Assembly: GCA_963674595.2 (NCBI GenBank)
Contig: CAXXFV010000008.1
Location: 375,885 to 439,884 of the forward strand
Origin: a bacterium
GTDB taxonomy: Bacteria; Zhuqueibacterota; Zhuqueibacteria; Residuimicrobiales; Krinioviventaceae
Length of the DNA: 64,000 nucleotides
Direction of reading: 5' to 3'
Shown here: piece after piece, positions 53,721 through 63,571 of the stretch
Numbering within the stretch: position 1 is the first letter of the stretch
Layout of the letters: the number at the start of each line of letters is the position of its first letter
Notes under the pieces: generated by a model
What the model was told of the DNA's origin: nothing
Databases searched by the model: none
The model's input: the letters and a program-made list of their open reading frames with translations, nothing else
Program-made: the position numbers and the translations under genes

Positions 53721-53775
53721 AGGTGATGTATGGTGTTATCAGGTGATCTCAGGTTAAAATAGGTGAAAAAAGTGG
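53721..53775 (+). promoter_or_regulatory. MraZ-binding direct repeats with a 10-bp period
   Basis: aggtgatgta/tggtgttatc/aggtgatctc/aggttaaaat/aggtgaaaaa/agtgg, immediately upstream of mraZ. Confidence 0.7.
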
Positions 53776-54221
53776 ACGGACTTTCCGGAAAATATGAAAA
53801 ACCTCTTGATTCGACAGGACGATTAGCAGTACCGCTAAAATTACGTTCTGCTATTCCCGAGAGTCAGCAAGATCGCATATATATTACTCGTGGCGTGGAG
53901 GCGTGTGTTGTCGGGTATTGCGAGGAAGAGTGGAAGAGGTTTAAGCAAAAAATCGACAATATGAAGCTGAGCTACAAAGAAAAAGCTGCTTTGCGTCGTG
54001 AGTTTATTGGCCGGGCCGTAGAAGTGTCCTTTGATAAGCAGGGACGTATTACGTTGCCGGTTGATTTGTTAAAATATGCCCATCTCAAAGACGTTTCTGA
54101 AGTTGTTGTTATGGGTTGTGATAATACCATAGAATTTTGGAACCCTGAACTCTATGAATCGAATCAGGCTGAGGCCGAAGAAATTGTTCAGAGAGTTATG
54201 GGTGAAAATTATTTCGACTAG
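53772..54221 (+). CDS. mraZ: Transcriptional regulator MraZ
   Basis: Two SpoVT/AbrB motifs, LDSTGRLAVP and FDKQGRITLP, plus IEFW. The likely start is GTG 53772 with SD aggtg, and GTG 53763 is an alternative. Confidence 0.92.
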   Translation: MDGLSGKYEKPLDSTGRLAVPLKLRSAIPESQQDRIYITRGVEACVVGYCEEEWKRFKQKIDNMKLSYKEKAALRREFIGRAVEVSFDKQGRITLPVDLLKYAHLKDVSEVVVMGCDNTIEFWNPELYESNQAEAEEIVQRVMGENYFD

Positions 54222-54224
54222 TAT

Positions 54225-55166
54225 ATGATTTTACATGACAGCCGTATAGAATATCACAAGCCTGTTCTTGTTGATCAGGTGTTAAATGCTCTCAATGTCA
54301 GTGGTTCTTTGTCAATTGTGGATGCTACAGCCGGTGACGGTGGCCATGTAAAGGCGTTTTTGCAAAATATGCCTCAAGATGGCATTGTTGTCACAATTGA
54401 CCGTGACAAAGATGCTATTCAAAGAGCGAAACAACGGCTGCAGGATTTTCAGGATAAATGTCGTTTTGTGTGTGCTAATTACAGTGAGATTGATCGTGTT
54501 TTGTATGATCTTGAAATTCCTCAGGTCGATGGTGTTTTAGGTGATTTAGGTGTTTCCCGTTTGCAGATCAGCAATCCTGAAAAGGGATTTATGTATATGA
54601 CGGACGGGCCTTTGTCTATGAAGATGACTTTGGATTCCGGTCCCGATGCTTCGGATGTGGTTAATAATTACTCTCAGGAAGAAATTGCTGATATTATTTA
54701 CAAGTTTGGTGAAGAGCGGGATTCGCGTAAAATTGCCAGAGCTATTGTGAAAAGCAGAGAACAAAAAAAAATTAAAACAACCGGAGACCTTGTAGCTGTT
54801 GTGAAAAAAGTTGTTTCCGGCAAGTATGAAATTAAAACATTGGCCCGGGTTTTTCAGGCGTTGAGAATATATGTAAACAATGAGCTTGAACACCTGACCA
54901 GGTTTTTACCGAATGCGGTTGCCGCGCTTAAGCCGGGCGGCCGGTTGGCTGTAATTTCCTATCATAGTTTGGAAGACCGCATTGTAAAAAACTTTATACG
55001 TGAACAAGCTAATCCCTGTATCTGCCCAAAAGATTTACCTGTTTGCGTATGTGGAAAAAAGCCGGTCCTGAGAGCTGTTGGTAAACTGATAGTTCCGGAA
55101 AAAAATGAAATAGCCGATAACTCCAGCGCAAGATCAGCCCGAATGCGCGTAGCTGAAAAGATTTAA
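54225..55166 (+). CDS. rsmH: 16S rRNA m4C1402 methyltransferase
   Basis: HKPVL, VDATAGDGGH, DLGVS, FQALRIYVNNEL, ISYHSLEDRIVK, ARSARMR. Confidence 0.95.
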   Translation: MILHDSRIEYHKPVLVDQVLNALNVSGSLSIVDATAGDGGHVKAFLQNMPQDGIVVTIDRDKDAIQRAKQRLQDFQDKCRFVCANYSEIDRVLYDLEIPQVDGVLGDLGVSRLQISNPEKGFMYMTDGPLSMKMTLDSGPDASDVVNNYSQEEIADIIYKFGEERDSRKIARAIVKSREQKKIKTTGDLVAVVKKVVSGKYEIKTLARVFQALRIYVNNELEHLTRFLPNAVAALKPGGRLAVISYHSLEDRIVKNFIREQANPCICPKDLPVCVCGKKPVLRAVGKLIVPEKNEIADNSSARSARMRVAEKI

Positions 55167-55171
55167 AGAAT

Positions 55172-55480
55172 ATGAATTTTAAATCAAAAACAAATAATAA
55201 AGAAAACAGATCCAAAATGGTTCAGCTTACCGTTATTGGACTTGCTATTTTTTCTATTTTTTGTTTTGTACGCGTTTGGCAAAAAGTAACGAGCGATATG
55301 ATTGCACGTCAAAATCAAAAAATGCGCAAAGAGTTAAAAGAGATACAAGAAAAAAATGCATTATTAATAGCTGATGTTGAAAGTTTAAAAAATCCGGTTC
55401 GAATAAACAAGATAGCTGAGCAGCAATTGGGAATGGTCTCAGTCGAGAAATTAAATGTTTATCTTGAACAAGGCAAGTAA
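55172..55480 (+). CDS. ftsL: Cell division protein FtsL-like
   Basis: Single TM followed by a coiled coil ending L.NPVRINKIAEQQLGM, located directly after rsmH. Confidence 0.8.
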   Translation: MNFKSKTNNKENRSKMVQLTVIGLAIFSIFCFVRVWQKVTSDMIARQNQKMRKELKEIQEKNALLIADVESLKNPVRINKIAEQQLGMVSVEKLNVYLEQGK

Positions 55481-55504
55481 AAGGTATGGAGTTGACAGTT
55501 TAAT

Positions 55505-55759
55505 ATGAGCGCTTTAAGTTTTGAATCGGATGAGAACGAGTTTTTACAATCTGAAGATGAGCGTAAGATTTTGTTTTTGAATGTTTTGGTTGATCAACTA
55601 ATTGACCAGGAGCCTTTGAGACCGGATATTAATTATGATTTGGCCAAACAGTTGTTAGGAATCAAGTTTTTTTGTATGAAAAGATTGTCTGGGGGAAGCG
55701 ATGAAGAGAAAGACTCTGCTCATTTAAATGTTGTAGATATTTATAGCTATCAGGAATAA
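55505..55759 (+). CDS. Small acidic hypothetical protein inside the dcw cluster
   Basis: 84-aa ORF filling the ftsL-ftsI gap, co-oriented. No TM segment or recognisable motif. Confidence 0.5.
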   Translation: MSALSFESDENEFLQSEDERKILFLNVLVDQLIDQEPLRPDINYDLAKQLLGIKFFCMKRLSGGSDEEKDSAHLNVVDIYSYQE

Positions 55760-55814
55760 AGAGAGTTTAAATTGATAGTTTTGATCATAAATTTTTGGAA
55801 TTTCCGGCTATTTT

Positions 55815-57929
55815 ATGAAAAAGAATGAAAGGAATGTATCTTGGCGGCTGTCGGCTTTTTATGTAGCCGCATTTCTTTTTATAGTCATTTTAATTGTACG
55901 ATTAGTAGGAATACAACTTGTTGATCGGGAGAAGTTTGAAATGAAGGCCCACAAACAATATAAATATGAAGTAAAATTAGCCCCGGAACGGGGAAAGATT
56001 CTCGATCGGAAACGGGAGTTGCTGGCCTTTAATGTTCCAACGATTTCAGTAACGGCAAACCCCAAAGAGGTGGAGAATCCGTACAAAGCAGCCGTGCGGT
56101 TGGCAAGTGTATTAAACATGAGTATTGATAATATTTACAAGAAATTGCGATCCCGAAATGATTTTGTCTTTATTGCTCGACGTCAGCCTGCAGAGCTGGC
56201 GTCCGAGCTGGACAAATTGGATATTAAAGGCATTAACTATAGTAAAACACTATCAAGAAAGTATCCTAAAAATCGTTCTGCCTGTCAGCTTGTTGGATAT
56301 ACGGATATAGACGGCAACGGCCTGAGTGGTATTGAGCTGGCTTTTGAAAAGGTGTTGACCGGTGTTCCGGGCAGGGCAATTATGCAAAAAACCGGAAAAT
56401 CAATGGTTTTTACCAGCACAGAGTATCCTCTGGTTTTACCGGCAAATGGACAAGACATAACATTAACAATTGATTATCGTTATCAATATATTGCCGAACA
56501 GCAGCTTCGGAACACGATTCTGGATTCAAAAGCTGAAAGCGGCATTGCAATTGTGATGGACCCCAGAACGTCCGAGGTCCTTGCTATGGCTTCCGAGCCT
56601 TCATTTGATCCGAACCGTCCCGGTGAATTTTCCCCGGAAAGCTGGCGCTTGAGACCGATTACCGACCAGTTTGAACCGGGCTCTACATTTAAAGTTGCCG
56701 TTATGGCGGCTTTGCTGGATGAGGGTTTGAAAAAACCGATTGATATAGTTTATTGTGAAAATGGTAAATATAAAATTCATGATGAAACGATTCATGATAC
56801 GTCACCACACGGTTGGTTGACTTTGAGAGAAGTTTTATATCTTTCGTCAAACATTGGCATGTCCAAATTGGCAATGGATGTAGACAAAAATGTTATTTAC
56901 CGCTATGCACGTGACTTTGGATTTGGTGTCCGCACCGGCATTGAATTAAAAGGAGAGATAGACGGGGTTTTGAAACATCCGAAAGATTGGTCCGGTGTTA
57001 CACCAGCCGCCATGTCCATAGGGCATGAAGTGGCAGTTACACCTCTGCAATTATGTAATTTATATTGCACCATCGCTAACGGTGGTTACCTGAATCGTCC
57101 GACGATTATTAAAGAGTTTAATGAAAATGGCCGTCGGGTTATGAGCGGAGATAACCGGTTTATTCGTCGTGCTATTAAAAAAACAACATCAGACACCTTG
57201 AAAAGTATGATGTTTGATGTTGTCGATAAAGGGACTGGAAAAAAAGCCGCCATTCCGGGTATGCAGGTATGCGGTAAAACCGGTACGGCGAGAATGGTCC
57301 TTTCCGGCGGACGAGGTTATGTAAAGGGAAAATATTTTGCCAGTTTTGGTGGTTTTTTTCCAAAAGACGATCCGAAGCTTTGTATTTTTGTTATGGTCAA
57401 GAACCCGCGCGGACTTTATTATGGTGGCGATGTTGCCGCACCTTGTTTTAAACGTATTGCCGAAGAAATTATTTCCTATGAAGGATTGGATTATTTTCAG
57501 AGTGATGAATCTATACCAAACAAACTTGTATATCAGACTGCGTCTCATAAAGTACCAAATTTAATTGGTTTTGATCGAGAAACTGCTTTTTCCATCCTTC
57601 AGGCTAAAGGTTGTGCCTATAAATCTGAGGGACGGGGTGAAGTTGTTTTAGGTCAGGACCCAAGTCCCGGTTCTTTATTAAGCGAAAATACGGTCATTAA
57701 AATCAAAACAGGTAAATCCGTAGAAACTGAAAAAACCGCCCCGCGAGTTGTTGGTTTACCTGTTCGCAATGCTTTAAATTTGTTGGCGGCAAGCGGTATG
57801 CGTGCCCATGTTGAAGGTAACGGAGTTGTTGTACGGCAAACCCCTGCGCCGGGCATGGAGCTTGATGGTGACACGTTGAAACTTGAATGTGAATCCAAGT
57901 TTGAACCTTTTGAGATTTTATCATATTAG
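55815..57929 (+). CDS. ftsI: Class B penicillin-binding protein FtsI with two C-terminal PASTA domains
   Basis: RGKILDR, RKYP, GLSGIE, EPGSTFK (SxxK), SSN, GKTGT, and PASTA units VPNLIG and APRVVG. Confidence 0.92.
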   Translation: MKKNERNVSWRLSAFYVAAFLFIVILIVRLVGIQLVDREKFEMKAHKQYKYEVKLAPERGKILDRKRELLAFNVPTISVTANPKEVENPYKAAVRLASVLNMSIDNIYKKLRSRNDFVFIARRQPAELASELDKLDIKGINYSKTLSRKYPKNRSACQLVGYTDIDGNGLSGIELAFEKVLTGVPGRAIMQKTGKSMVFTSTEYPLVLPANGQDITLTIDYRYQYIAEQQLRNTILDSKAESGIAIVMDPRTSEVLAMASEPSFDPNRPGEFSPESWRLRPITDQFEPGSTFKVAVMAALLDEGLKKPIDIVYCENGKYKIHDETIHDTSPHGWLTLREVLYLSSNIGMSKLAMDVDKNVIYRYARDFGFGVRTGIELKGEIDGVLKHPKDWSGVTPAAMSIGHEVAVTPLQLCNLYCTIANGGYLNRPTIIKEFNENGRRVMSGDNRFIRRAIKKTTSDTLKSMMFDVVDKGTGKKAAIPGMQVCGKTGTARMVLSGGRGYVKGKYFASFGGFFPKDDPKLCIFVMVKNPRGLYYGGDVAAPCFKRIAEEIISYEGLDYFQSDESIPNKLVYQTASHKVPNLIGFDRETAFSILQAKGCAYKSEGRGEVVLGQDPSPGSLLSENTVIKIKTGKSVETEKTAPRVVGLPVRNALNLLAASGMRAHVEGNGVVVRQTPAPGMELDGDTLKLECESKFEPFEILSY

Positions 57930-57939
57930 AGGTGTTTTT

Positions 57940-59331
57940 TTGAGCCCTTTGGAATTGACAATTCCTGAAATACTGGATATTAAAAATATTAAGGCTGAAT
58001 GGTCGAGTCCTGTTCAGCCGCCGTCACAAAAAATTTCTCATATTTCCACAGACAGCAGAACGATTAAAAAAGGACAAATTTTTACGGCCATCTGTGGAGA
58101 ACAGTTTGACGGCCATGACTTTATTCAAAAGGCTGTAGACGCCAATGCAATGGCTGTCATTGCTGAAAAGTCCTGGTATGAAAAAAATAAGAAAAAATTT
58201 AAAAATTCATCGTTTATCGTTGTTCCTGATACATTACAGACCTATCAGGAGATTGCAAAAAATTATCGTAAAAAATTCATTGTACCTTTAATTGCTCTTT
58301 CCGGAAGTGCCGGAAAAACCACAACCAAAGAGTTGTTGTTTGCCGTTATGTCACAGAAATATAACACGTTGAGGAATGACAAGTCTTTTAATAATCATAT
58401 CGGCGTACCGGCAACATTGTTAAATATTCGTGCGGAACATGAAATTGTTTTAACGGAGCTTGGCACCAACCATTTTGGAGAATTAACGCGGCTTTCCAGT
58501 TTGGTGTCGCCGAATTTATGTCTGTTGTTGAATATCGGCCATGCTCATTTGGAGTTTTTTAAAAATTTGGCTGGTGTGACCCGTGCCAAAATGGAAATAT
58601 TTGATCATGTCAGCAATGATGGAACCGGTGTTTATAATGCAGATGATCCGAATCTGGCCAAGCAGTATTATCCGGTTTCAACACTCGTTTCCTATGGCGT
58701 TAAAAACAGCGCTGATGTCACAGCAAAAATTTTGCATAGTGATGATCAGGGCTGTTATTCTTTTGAATTTATGGACCAGGTTATAAAATTACAAATACCA
58801 GGCCGCCATAATGTCTCGAACGCCTTGGCAGCGGCAACAGTGGGACTGCAATTTGGTGTGTCTCCTGTCGAAATTAAAAACGCTCTTGAAAATGTCCCGG
58901 CTTTTGAAAAACGTATGCAGGTTTCTCAGGTCCGTGATTTTACTGTTTTAAACGATTCGTATAATAGTAACCCGAGCAGTTGTTATGCTGCGTTGGAGAC
59001 CGTCAACGATATGTCTCAGTCTAAAAAAGGCAGAAAAATAGCAGTTTTAGGTGATATGCTGGAATTGGGTGAGTTTTCTGCTGAAGAACATGAAAAACTG
59101 GCTGAACATATTGTCGAATTCAAGTTTGATATGGTGTTTCTATATGGCAATGAAATATCTTTTACCTATGAAAAATTGATCAATAAAATTCCTTATGCTG
59201 AACATTTTGAAAACAAAGAAATGTTGTCCAAAGCACTTTTACAAACGATTAAACCACAGGATATTGTTCTGGTTAAAGGCTCGCGTGGAATGCGAATGGA
59301 ATCTGTCGTTCAAGACCTTATAAATTCTTAA
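57940..59331 (+). CDS. murF: UDP-MurNAc-tripeptide--D-Ala-D-Ala ligase
   Basis: ISTDSR, GEQFDGHDF, SGSAGKTTTKE, FNNHIGVP, NDSYNSNP, VLGDMLELG, VKGSRGMRME. TTG start with SD gaggtg. Confidence 0.93.
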   Translation: MSPLELTIPEILDIKNIKAEWSSPVQPPSQKISHISTDSRTIKKGQIFTAICGEQFDGHDFIQKAVDANAMAVIAEKSWYEKNKKKFKNSSFIVVPDTLQTYQEIAKNYRKKFIVPLIALSGSAGKTTTKELLFAVMSQKYNTLRNDKSFNNHIGVPATLLNIRAEHEIVLTELGTNHFGELTRLSSLVSPNLCLLLNIGHAHLEFFKNLAGVTRAKMEIFDHVSNDGTGVYNADDPNLAKQYYPVSTLVSYGVKNSADVTAKILHSDDQGCYSFEFMDQVIKLQIPGRHNVSNALAAATVGLQFGVSPVEIKNALENVPAFEKRMQVSQVRDFTVLNDSYNSNPSSCYAALETVNDMSQSKKGRKIAVLGDMLELGEFSAEEHEKLAEHIVEFKFDMVFLYGNEISFTYEKLINKIPYAEHFENKEMLSKALLQTIKPQDIVLVKGSRGMRMESVVQDLINS

Positions 59332-59357
59332 AATAAATAGACCAGACAGGAAGAACC

Positions 59358-60443
59358 ATGCTTTATTATTTACTTGTACCTTTTAAAGACGATTTTATAG
59401 CGTTTAACCTCTTTCGCTATATTTCTTTTCGGGCTTCTGCCAGTGCTGTTTTGGCACTGCTGATCAGCCTGATGATCGGCCCCGCTATTATTCGTAAATT
59501 AAAGGCTTTACAGGTTGGTGAAGAAATTCGGGATGATGGACCGCAATCGCACCTGAGCAAACGCGGTACGCCAAGTATGGGTGGATTTATTGTTTTAATC
59601 AGTGTTCTTGTTCCCACACTTTTGTTTGCAAAAATTGCCGAAACCTATGTCTGGCTGGTTATTGTTGTCACCATCTTTTTGTCTCTTTTAGGCTGGCTTG
59701 ATGACTATTTGAAAATTATAAAAAAATATCCAAAGGGCCTTATTGCCCGTTACAAATTAGCGGGCCAAATTGCTATTGGCTTATTTGCCGGGTGTATCGT
59801 TTACTTTTTTCCGGATGTTGAAGCTGCGAGATCTTCAACGACTTTGCCGTTTTTTAAAAATTATGAGCTTGAATTCGGAATTTTGTACATAGCTGTGGTA
59901 GCTTTTGTTATTACGGCAACTTCAAACGGATCTAATTTAACGGACGGCCTGGATGGCTTGTTGATCGGTTTGAGCGCTATCTCAGCGGTTGCGTTTGGTG
60001 CTATCGCCTATGTCAGCGGCCGAGTCGATTTTAGTGATTATTTGAATATTATTTATTTACCCGGTGCTGCTGAACTGACCGTCTATTGTGCTGCTTTGTT
60101 TGGCGCCTCTCTGGGATTTTTGTGGTATAATTGTTATCCGGCACAGGTATTTTTAGGCGATACCGGCGCTTTAGCGCTTGGCGGCGCTTTGGGTACCATT
60201 GCTGTTTTGGTTAAAAAAGAGTTGTTGCTGGTTTTGATTTGCGGCATTTTTGTTATTGAAAGTCTATCCGTTATTTTGCAGGTATCTTATTACAAACGTA
60301 CCGGAAAAAGAATTTTTCGCATGGCGCCGATTCATCACCATTTTGAATTAAAAGGCTGGTCGGAACCCAAAGTTGTAGTGCGATTTTGGATTATGGGTAT
60401 TTTATTAGCTTTATTAACCCTGGCAACATTTAAAATCAGATAA
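59358..60443 (+). CDS. mraY: Phospho-MurNAc-pentapeptide transferase
   Basis: KRGTPSMGG, GWLDDY, NLTDGLDGL, VFLGDTG, MAPIHHHFE. Confidence 0.96.
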   Translation: MLYYLLVPFKDDFIAFNLFRYISFRASASAVLALLISLMIGPAIIRKLKALQVGEEIRDDGPQSHLSKRGTPSMGGFIVLISVLVPTLLFAKIAETYVWLVIVVTIFLSLLGWLDDYLKIIKKYPKGLIARYKLAGQIAIGLFAGCIVYFFPDVEAARSSTTLPFFKNYELEFGILYIAVVAFVITATSNGSNLTDGLDGLLIGLSAISAVAFGAIAYVSGRVDFSDYLNIIYLPGAAELTVYCAALFGASLGFLWYNCYPAQVFLGDTGALALGGALGTIAVLVKKELLLVLICGIFVIESLSVILQVSYYKRTGKRIFRMAPIHHHFELKGWSEPKVVVRFWIMGILLALLTLATFKIR

Positions 60444-60445
60444 AT

Positions 60446-61684
60446 ATGAAAAACGACCTTTACAAAAATTTAAACCGTGTTGATTATCTGCTTCTTGTCA
60501 GTGTTTTGTTCCTTGTCATACTTGGAACGGCCATTGTCTATTCTTCCAGTTCTTATCTGGCGGAACAGATGACACATGACAGTGCTTATTTTTTCAAAAA
60601 GCAAATGGGCCGTGTTATTATCGGTTTGATATTTTTAATTATTTTTGCGCTGGTTGATTACCGGGTTTGGCTGGGTTTGTCACCCTTGGCGTTGTTTTTA
60701 GCCCTTGGCTTATTACTTTTATTGTTTACCGGTTTGCCCTTTGTCGTTAAAATTAAAGAAGCAGCACGCTGGTTACGTATAGGAGGGTTCCAGTTTCAAC
60801 CGTCGGATTTTGCGCGTTATGCGCTGATTCTCTTTCTGGCCCGAACACTGCATCAAAAGCGCGATCAGCTTGATGATTTGAAAAAAGGTTACTTGAAACA
60901 TGTTTTTCTGGTTATGCTTATTGTGCTGCCGATCGCTTTTGAAAAAGATTTAAGCACAGCCGCTGTTGTGGCGTTTATTGCGTTTTTAATGTTCTTTTTT
61001 GCTGATGTGAAATTGAGTTATTTAATTGCAACATTTATGACTTTTTTTACAGGCGGCTTGGCCTATATATTAAAAAATCCCTATCAGTTGGCGCGTATTC
61101 ATTCTTTTATTAAACAGATGATTGATAAAAACATGATGGATTGGCAGTTACAGCAATCCATGATAAGTTTGGCCCTCGGTGGATTTTGGGGGCAGGGTAT
61201 AGGCAACAGCCGTCAAAAGTATGCATTTTTACCGGAAGCGCATTCGGATTTTATTTATTCCGTTATCGGAGAAGAGGTTGGCTTGATCGGTACGGTAGGT
61301 GTCTTGATATTATTTTTTATTATCATCTACCGGGGAATGAAAATAGCTCAATCTGCTCCGGATGGATACGGACGATTACTGGCAAGCGGAATTACAGCTT
61401 GTATCGGCAGTTATGCTTTAATAAATGCTGCGGTTGCTCTTGCAATTTTACCGACTACCGGTTTACCGATGCCGTTTGTCAGTTATGGCGGTTCGGCATT
61501 GATTTCTCATTTTGCTGCTGTAGGAATTTTAATCAATATTTCTTCACAATGTGATGAATCATATATGAATTATTCCAGTTGGAAAACTTATAAAAAACGT
61601 CTCAATCGATCCGCATTTACAGATGCCGGACAAAGAACGAAAAAATCAACCCGCACTGCACCTGTTTATACAAGGAGCCGTTAA
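60446..61684 (+). CDS. ftsW: SEDS peptidoglycan polymerase FtsW
   Basis: ARWL, FQPSDF, LPEAHSDFIYSVIGEE, PTTGLPMPFVSYGGS. Confidence 0.93.
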   Translation: MKNDLYKNLNRVDYLLLVSVLFLVILGTAIVYSSSSYLAEQMTHDSAYFFKKQMGRVIIGLIFLIIFALVDYRVWLGLSPLALFLALGLLLLLFTGLPFVVKIKEAARWLRIGGFQFQPSDFARYALILFLARTLHQKRDQLDDLKKGYLKHVFLVMLIVLPIAFEKDLSTAAVVAFIAFLMFFFADVKLSYLIATFMTFFTGGLAYILKNPYQLARIHSFIKQMIDKNMMDWQLQQSMISLALGGFWGQGIGNSRQKYAFLPEAHSDFIYSVIGEEVGLIGTVGVLILFFIIIYRGMKIAQSAPDGYGRLLASGITACIGSYALINAAVALAILPTTGLPMPFVSYGGSALISHFAAVGILINISSQCDESYMNYSSWKTYKKRLNRSAFTDAGQRTKKSTRTAPVYTRSR

Positions 61685-61687
61685 ACA

Positions 61688-62824
61688 ATGTCTCAGAGAA
61701 GAAAGAAAATTTTTCTTTTTGCAGGCGGCGGAACAGGCGGTCATCTTTATCCTGCTATTGCGTTGGGTGAAGCTCTAAAGAACAAAGTGCCTGATAGTGA
61801 ATTGCATTTTACCGGTACCAAACGCGGCTTGGAAGCACGGGTTATACCTCAATTAGGCTATAATCTGCACCTTATTTCTATTCGAGGTGTTGCACGAAAG
61901 CTTACTTTAAAGAACCTGGTTGTGCCTTTTCAGGTTCTGCTGAGTTTTGTTCAATGCAGTTGTATTATATTAAAAATCAAACCGGATGTTGTCATCGGCA
62001 CCGGCGGTTATGTAAGCGGACCTATGCTTTTTATGGCTCTGTTATTACGGCGCTATACCGTTATTCAGGAACAAAACAGTTATCCCGGTGTAACAACACG
62101 TATTTTAGCCCGATGGGTTAAGCAGGTTCACTTGAGTTTTAAAGATTCAGTTAAATATTTTAAAAATAAAGACAATATTATCATTTCCGGAAATCCGGTA
62201 CGTCAGTTTGATCTGACAGCCGCACGTAAAAAAGCGGAAAAAGTATTTCAATTTGATCTGCAAAAACCGGTTCTGTTGGTTTTTGGCGGCAGTCAGGGTG
62301 CTGCGGCCATTAACGAAATGCTTTTAAAAAATATCGAACGTTTGATGCAGCAAACCGAACTGAATATTATATGGAGTACCGGTAAAACCGGTTATTCTGC
62401 AGTAAAGGAAAAAACTGAAAAATTTAAATCCCGTATTTGGGTGTCGGAATTTATTGACGATATGGCAATGGCTTATTCTGTTTCAAATTTAGCTGTTACC
62501 CGTGCCGGGGCAATGACCCTGGCCGAGTTGACTGTTGCCGGGCTGCCGTCAATCCTGATTCCCTATCCCTATGCTGCGGCCGGTCACCAGGAAGCCAATG
62601 CGCGTTCTCTTGAAAAACAGGGAGCCGCCCATGTTTTGTTGCAGTCCGAGCCGGATGCTGATAACAAATTATTTGATTTGATTTGTTCTGTTCTTAATGA
62701 AACGGATACACTGAACCAAATGAGTAAAGCGTCAAAAAACGCCTCTTTTCCAAAAGCAACAGAGACAATTGTTAACAATATTACACGTTGTTTTGATGAA
62801 AAAGGTGGAAATTATGAAAATTGA
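61688..62824 (+). CDS. murG: Lipid II GlcNAc transferase
   Basis: AGGGTGGHLYP, GTGGYVSGP, EQNSYPG, GNPVR, GGSQGA, RAGAMT, HQEANA. Confidence 0.96.
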   Translation: MSQRRKKIFLFAGGGTGGHLYPAIALGEALKNKVPDSELHFTGTKRGLEARVIPQLGYNLHLISIRGVARKLTLKNLVVPFQVLLSFVQCSCIILKIKPDVVIGTGGYVSGPMLFMALLLRRYTVIQEQNSYPGVTTRILARWVKQVHLSFKDSVKYFKNKDNIIISGNPVRQFDLTAARKKAEKVFQFDLQKPVLLVFGGSQGAAAINEMLLKNIERLMQQTELNIIWSTGKTGYSAVKEKTEKFKSRIWVSEFIDDMAMAYSVSNLAVTRAGAMTLAELTVAGLPSILIPYPYAAAGHQEANARSLEKQGAAHVLLQSEPDADNKLFDLICSVLNETDTLNQMSKASKNASFPKATETIVNNITRCFDEKGGNYEN

Positions 62825-63536
62825 TTTTAACACTTTGGGAAAGAGACTTCTTTCCTACAGTTTTGCCATATTGTTTGGCGTGTTGATTTGGCAGGCCATT
62901 CTGGAAGCGCATGCACCGTCGCTAAAAAAAGATAAATCTGTTCAAGGTCCTTATGAAATTACATTTAACGAACCGGATTCTTTAAACACGTTTAAATTGA
63001 TTGACCGGTTAAAAAGTTTGACATCCAAAGATTCACAGATTTTTTTATTAGCTTCGGATAAAGCAAAAACAGAATTAGACAAAATTATCTCGGATTCAAA
63101 ACCGTTTTGTTACGTTACGTCAGGAAAAACAATGTATGCAATTGATGATAATGGATATGTGCTTTTTCCGGCTGATTCTTTAGAGTATTATAACGTTCCT
63201 GTTTTAAGCGGGAAAAAATTAACTGTTGATTTGTCTGAAAAACGGTTAGGCGCCGGTGTTTTTCCTGCGTTAGAGTTTTATAAAATATTGTTGGCCGAGG
63301 ATAAAGTCCTGGCATCTCAACTTGTTGAAATAAATATGGATGATAAAGCGGGTTTGATTGCAAATTTTTACTGGAATCGAACTGTACCTGTAATAATTGG
63401 AAAGGGAAAATTAAAATATAAATCAGAATGTATCAATTCGCTATACAGACAATATGGTTATAGCGACTATTTTGAAAATGTAAAAAGTTTAGATTTACGA
63501 ATTGATGGTCGAGCCATCTTGAAAAAAAACAGTTAG
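62814..63536 (+). CDS. ftsQ: Divergent FtsQ/DivIB-like protein
   Basis: N-terminal TM, FtsQ C-domain-like segments YAIDDNGYVL, VPVLSG and SLDLRIDGRAILK, and position between murG and ftsA. Confidence 0.65.
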   Translation: MKIDFNTLGKRLLSYSFAILFGVLIWQAILEAHAPSLKKDKSVQGPYEITFNEPDSLNTFKLIDRLKSLTSKDSQIFLLASDKAKTELDKIISDSKPFCYVTSGKTMYAIDDNGYVLFPADSLEYYNVPVLSGKKLTVDLSEKRLGAGVFPALEFYKILLAEDKVLASQLVEINMDDKAGLIANFYWNRTVPVIIGKGKLKYKSECINSLYRQYGYSDYFENVKSLDLRIDGRAILKKNS

Positions 63537-63571
63537 CCATAATCAGGCTGGTCATTAATCGGGAAAATTTT

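Noticed and set aside
53721-53775. Short periodic repeats as a CRISPR array or iterons
   Set aside because: The units are 10 bp with no unique spacers, no cas or rep genes are present, and the position fits an MraZ operator.
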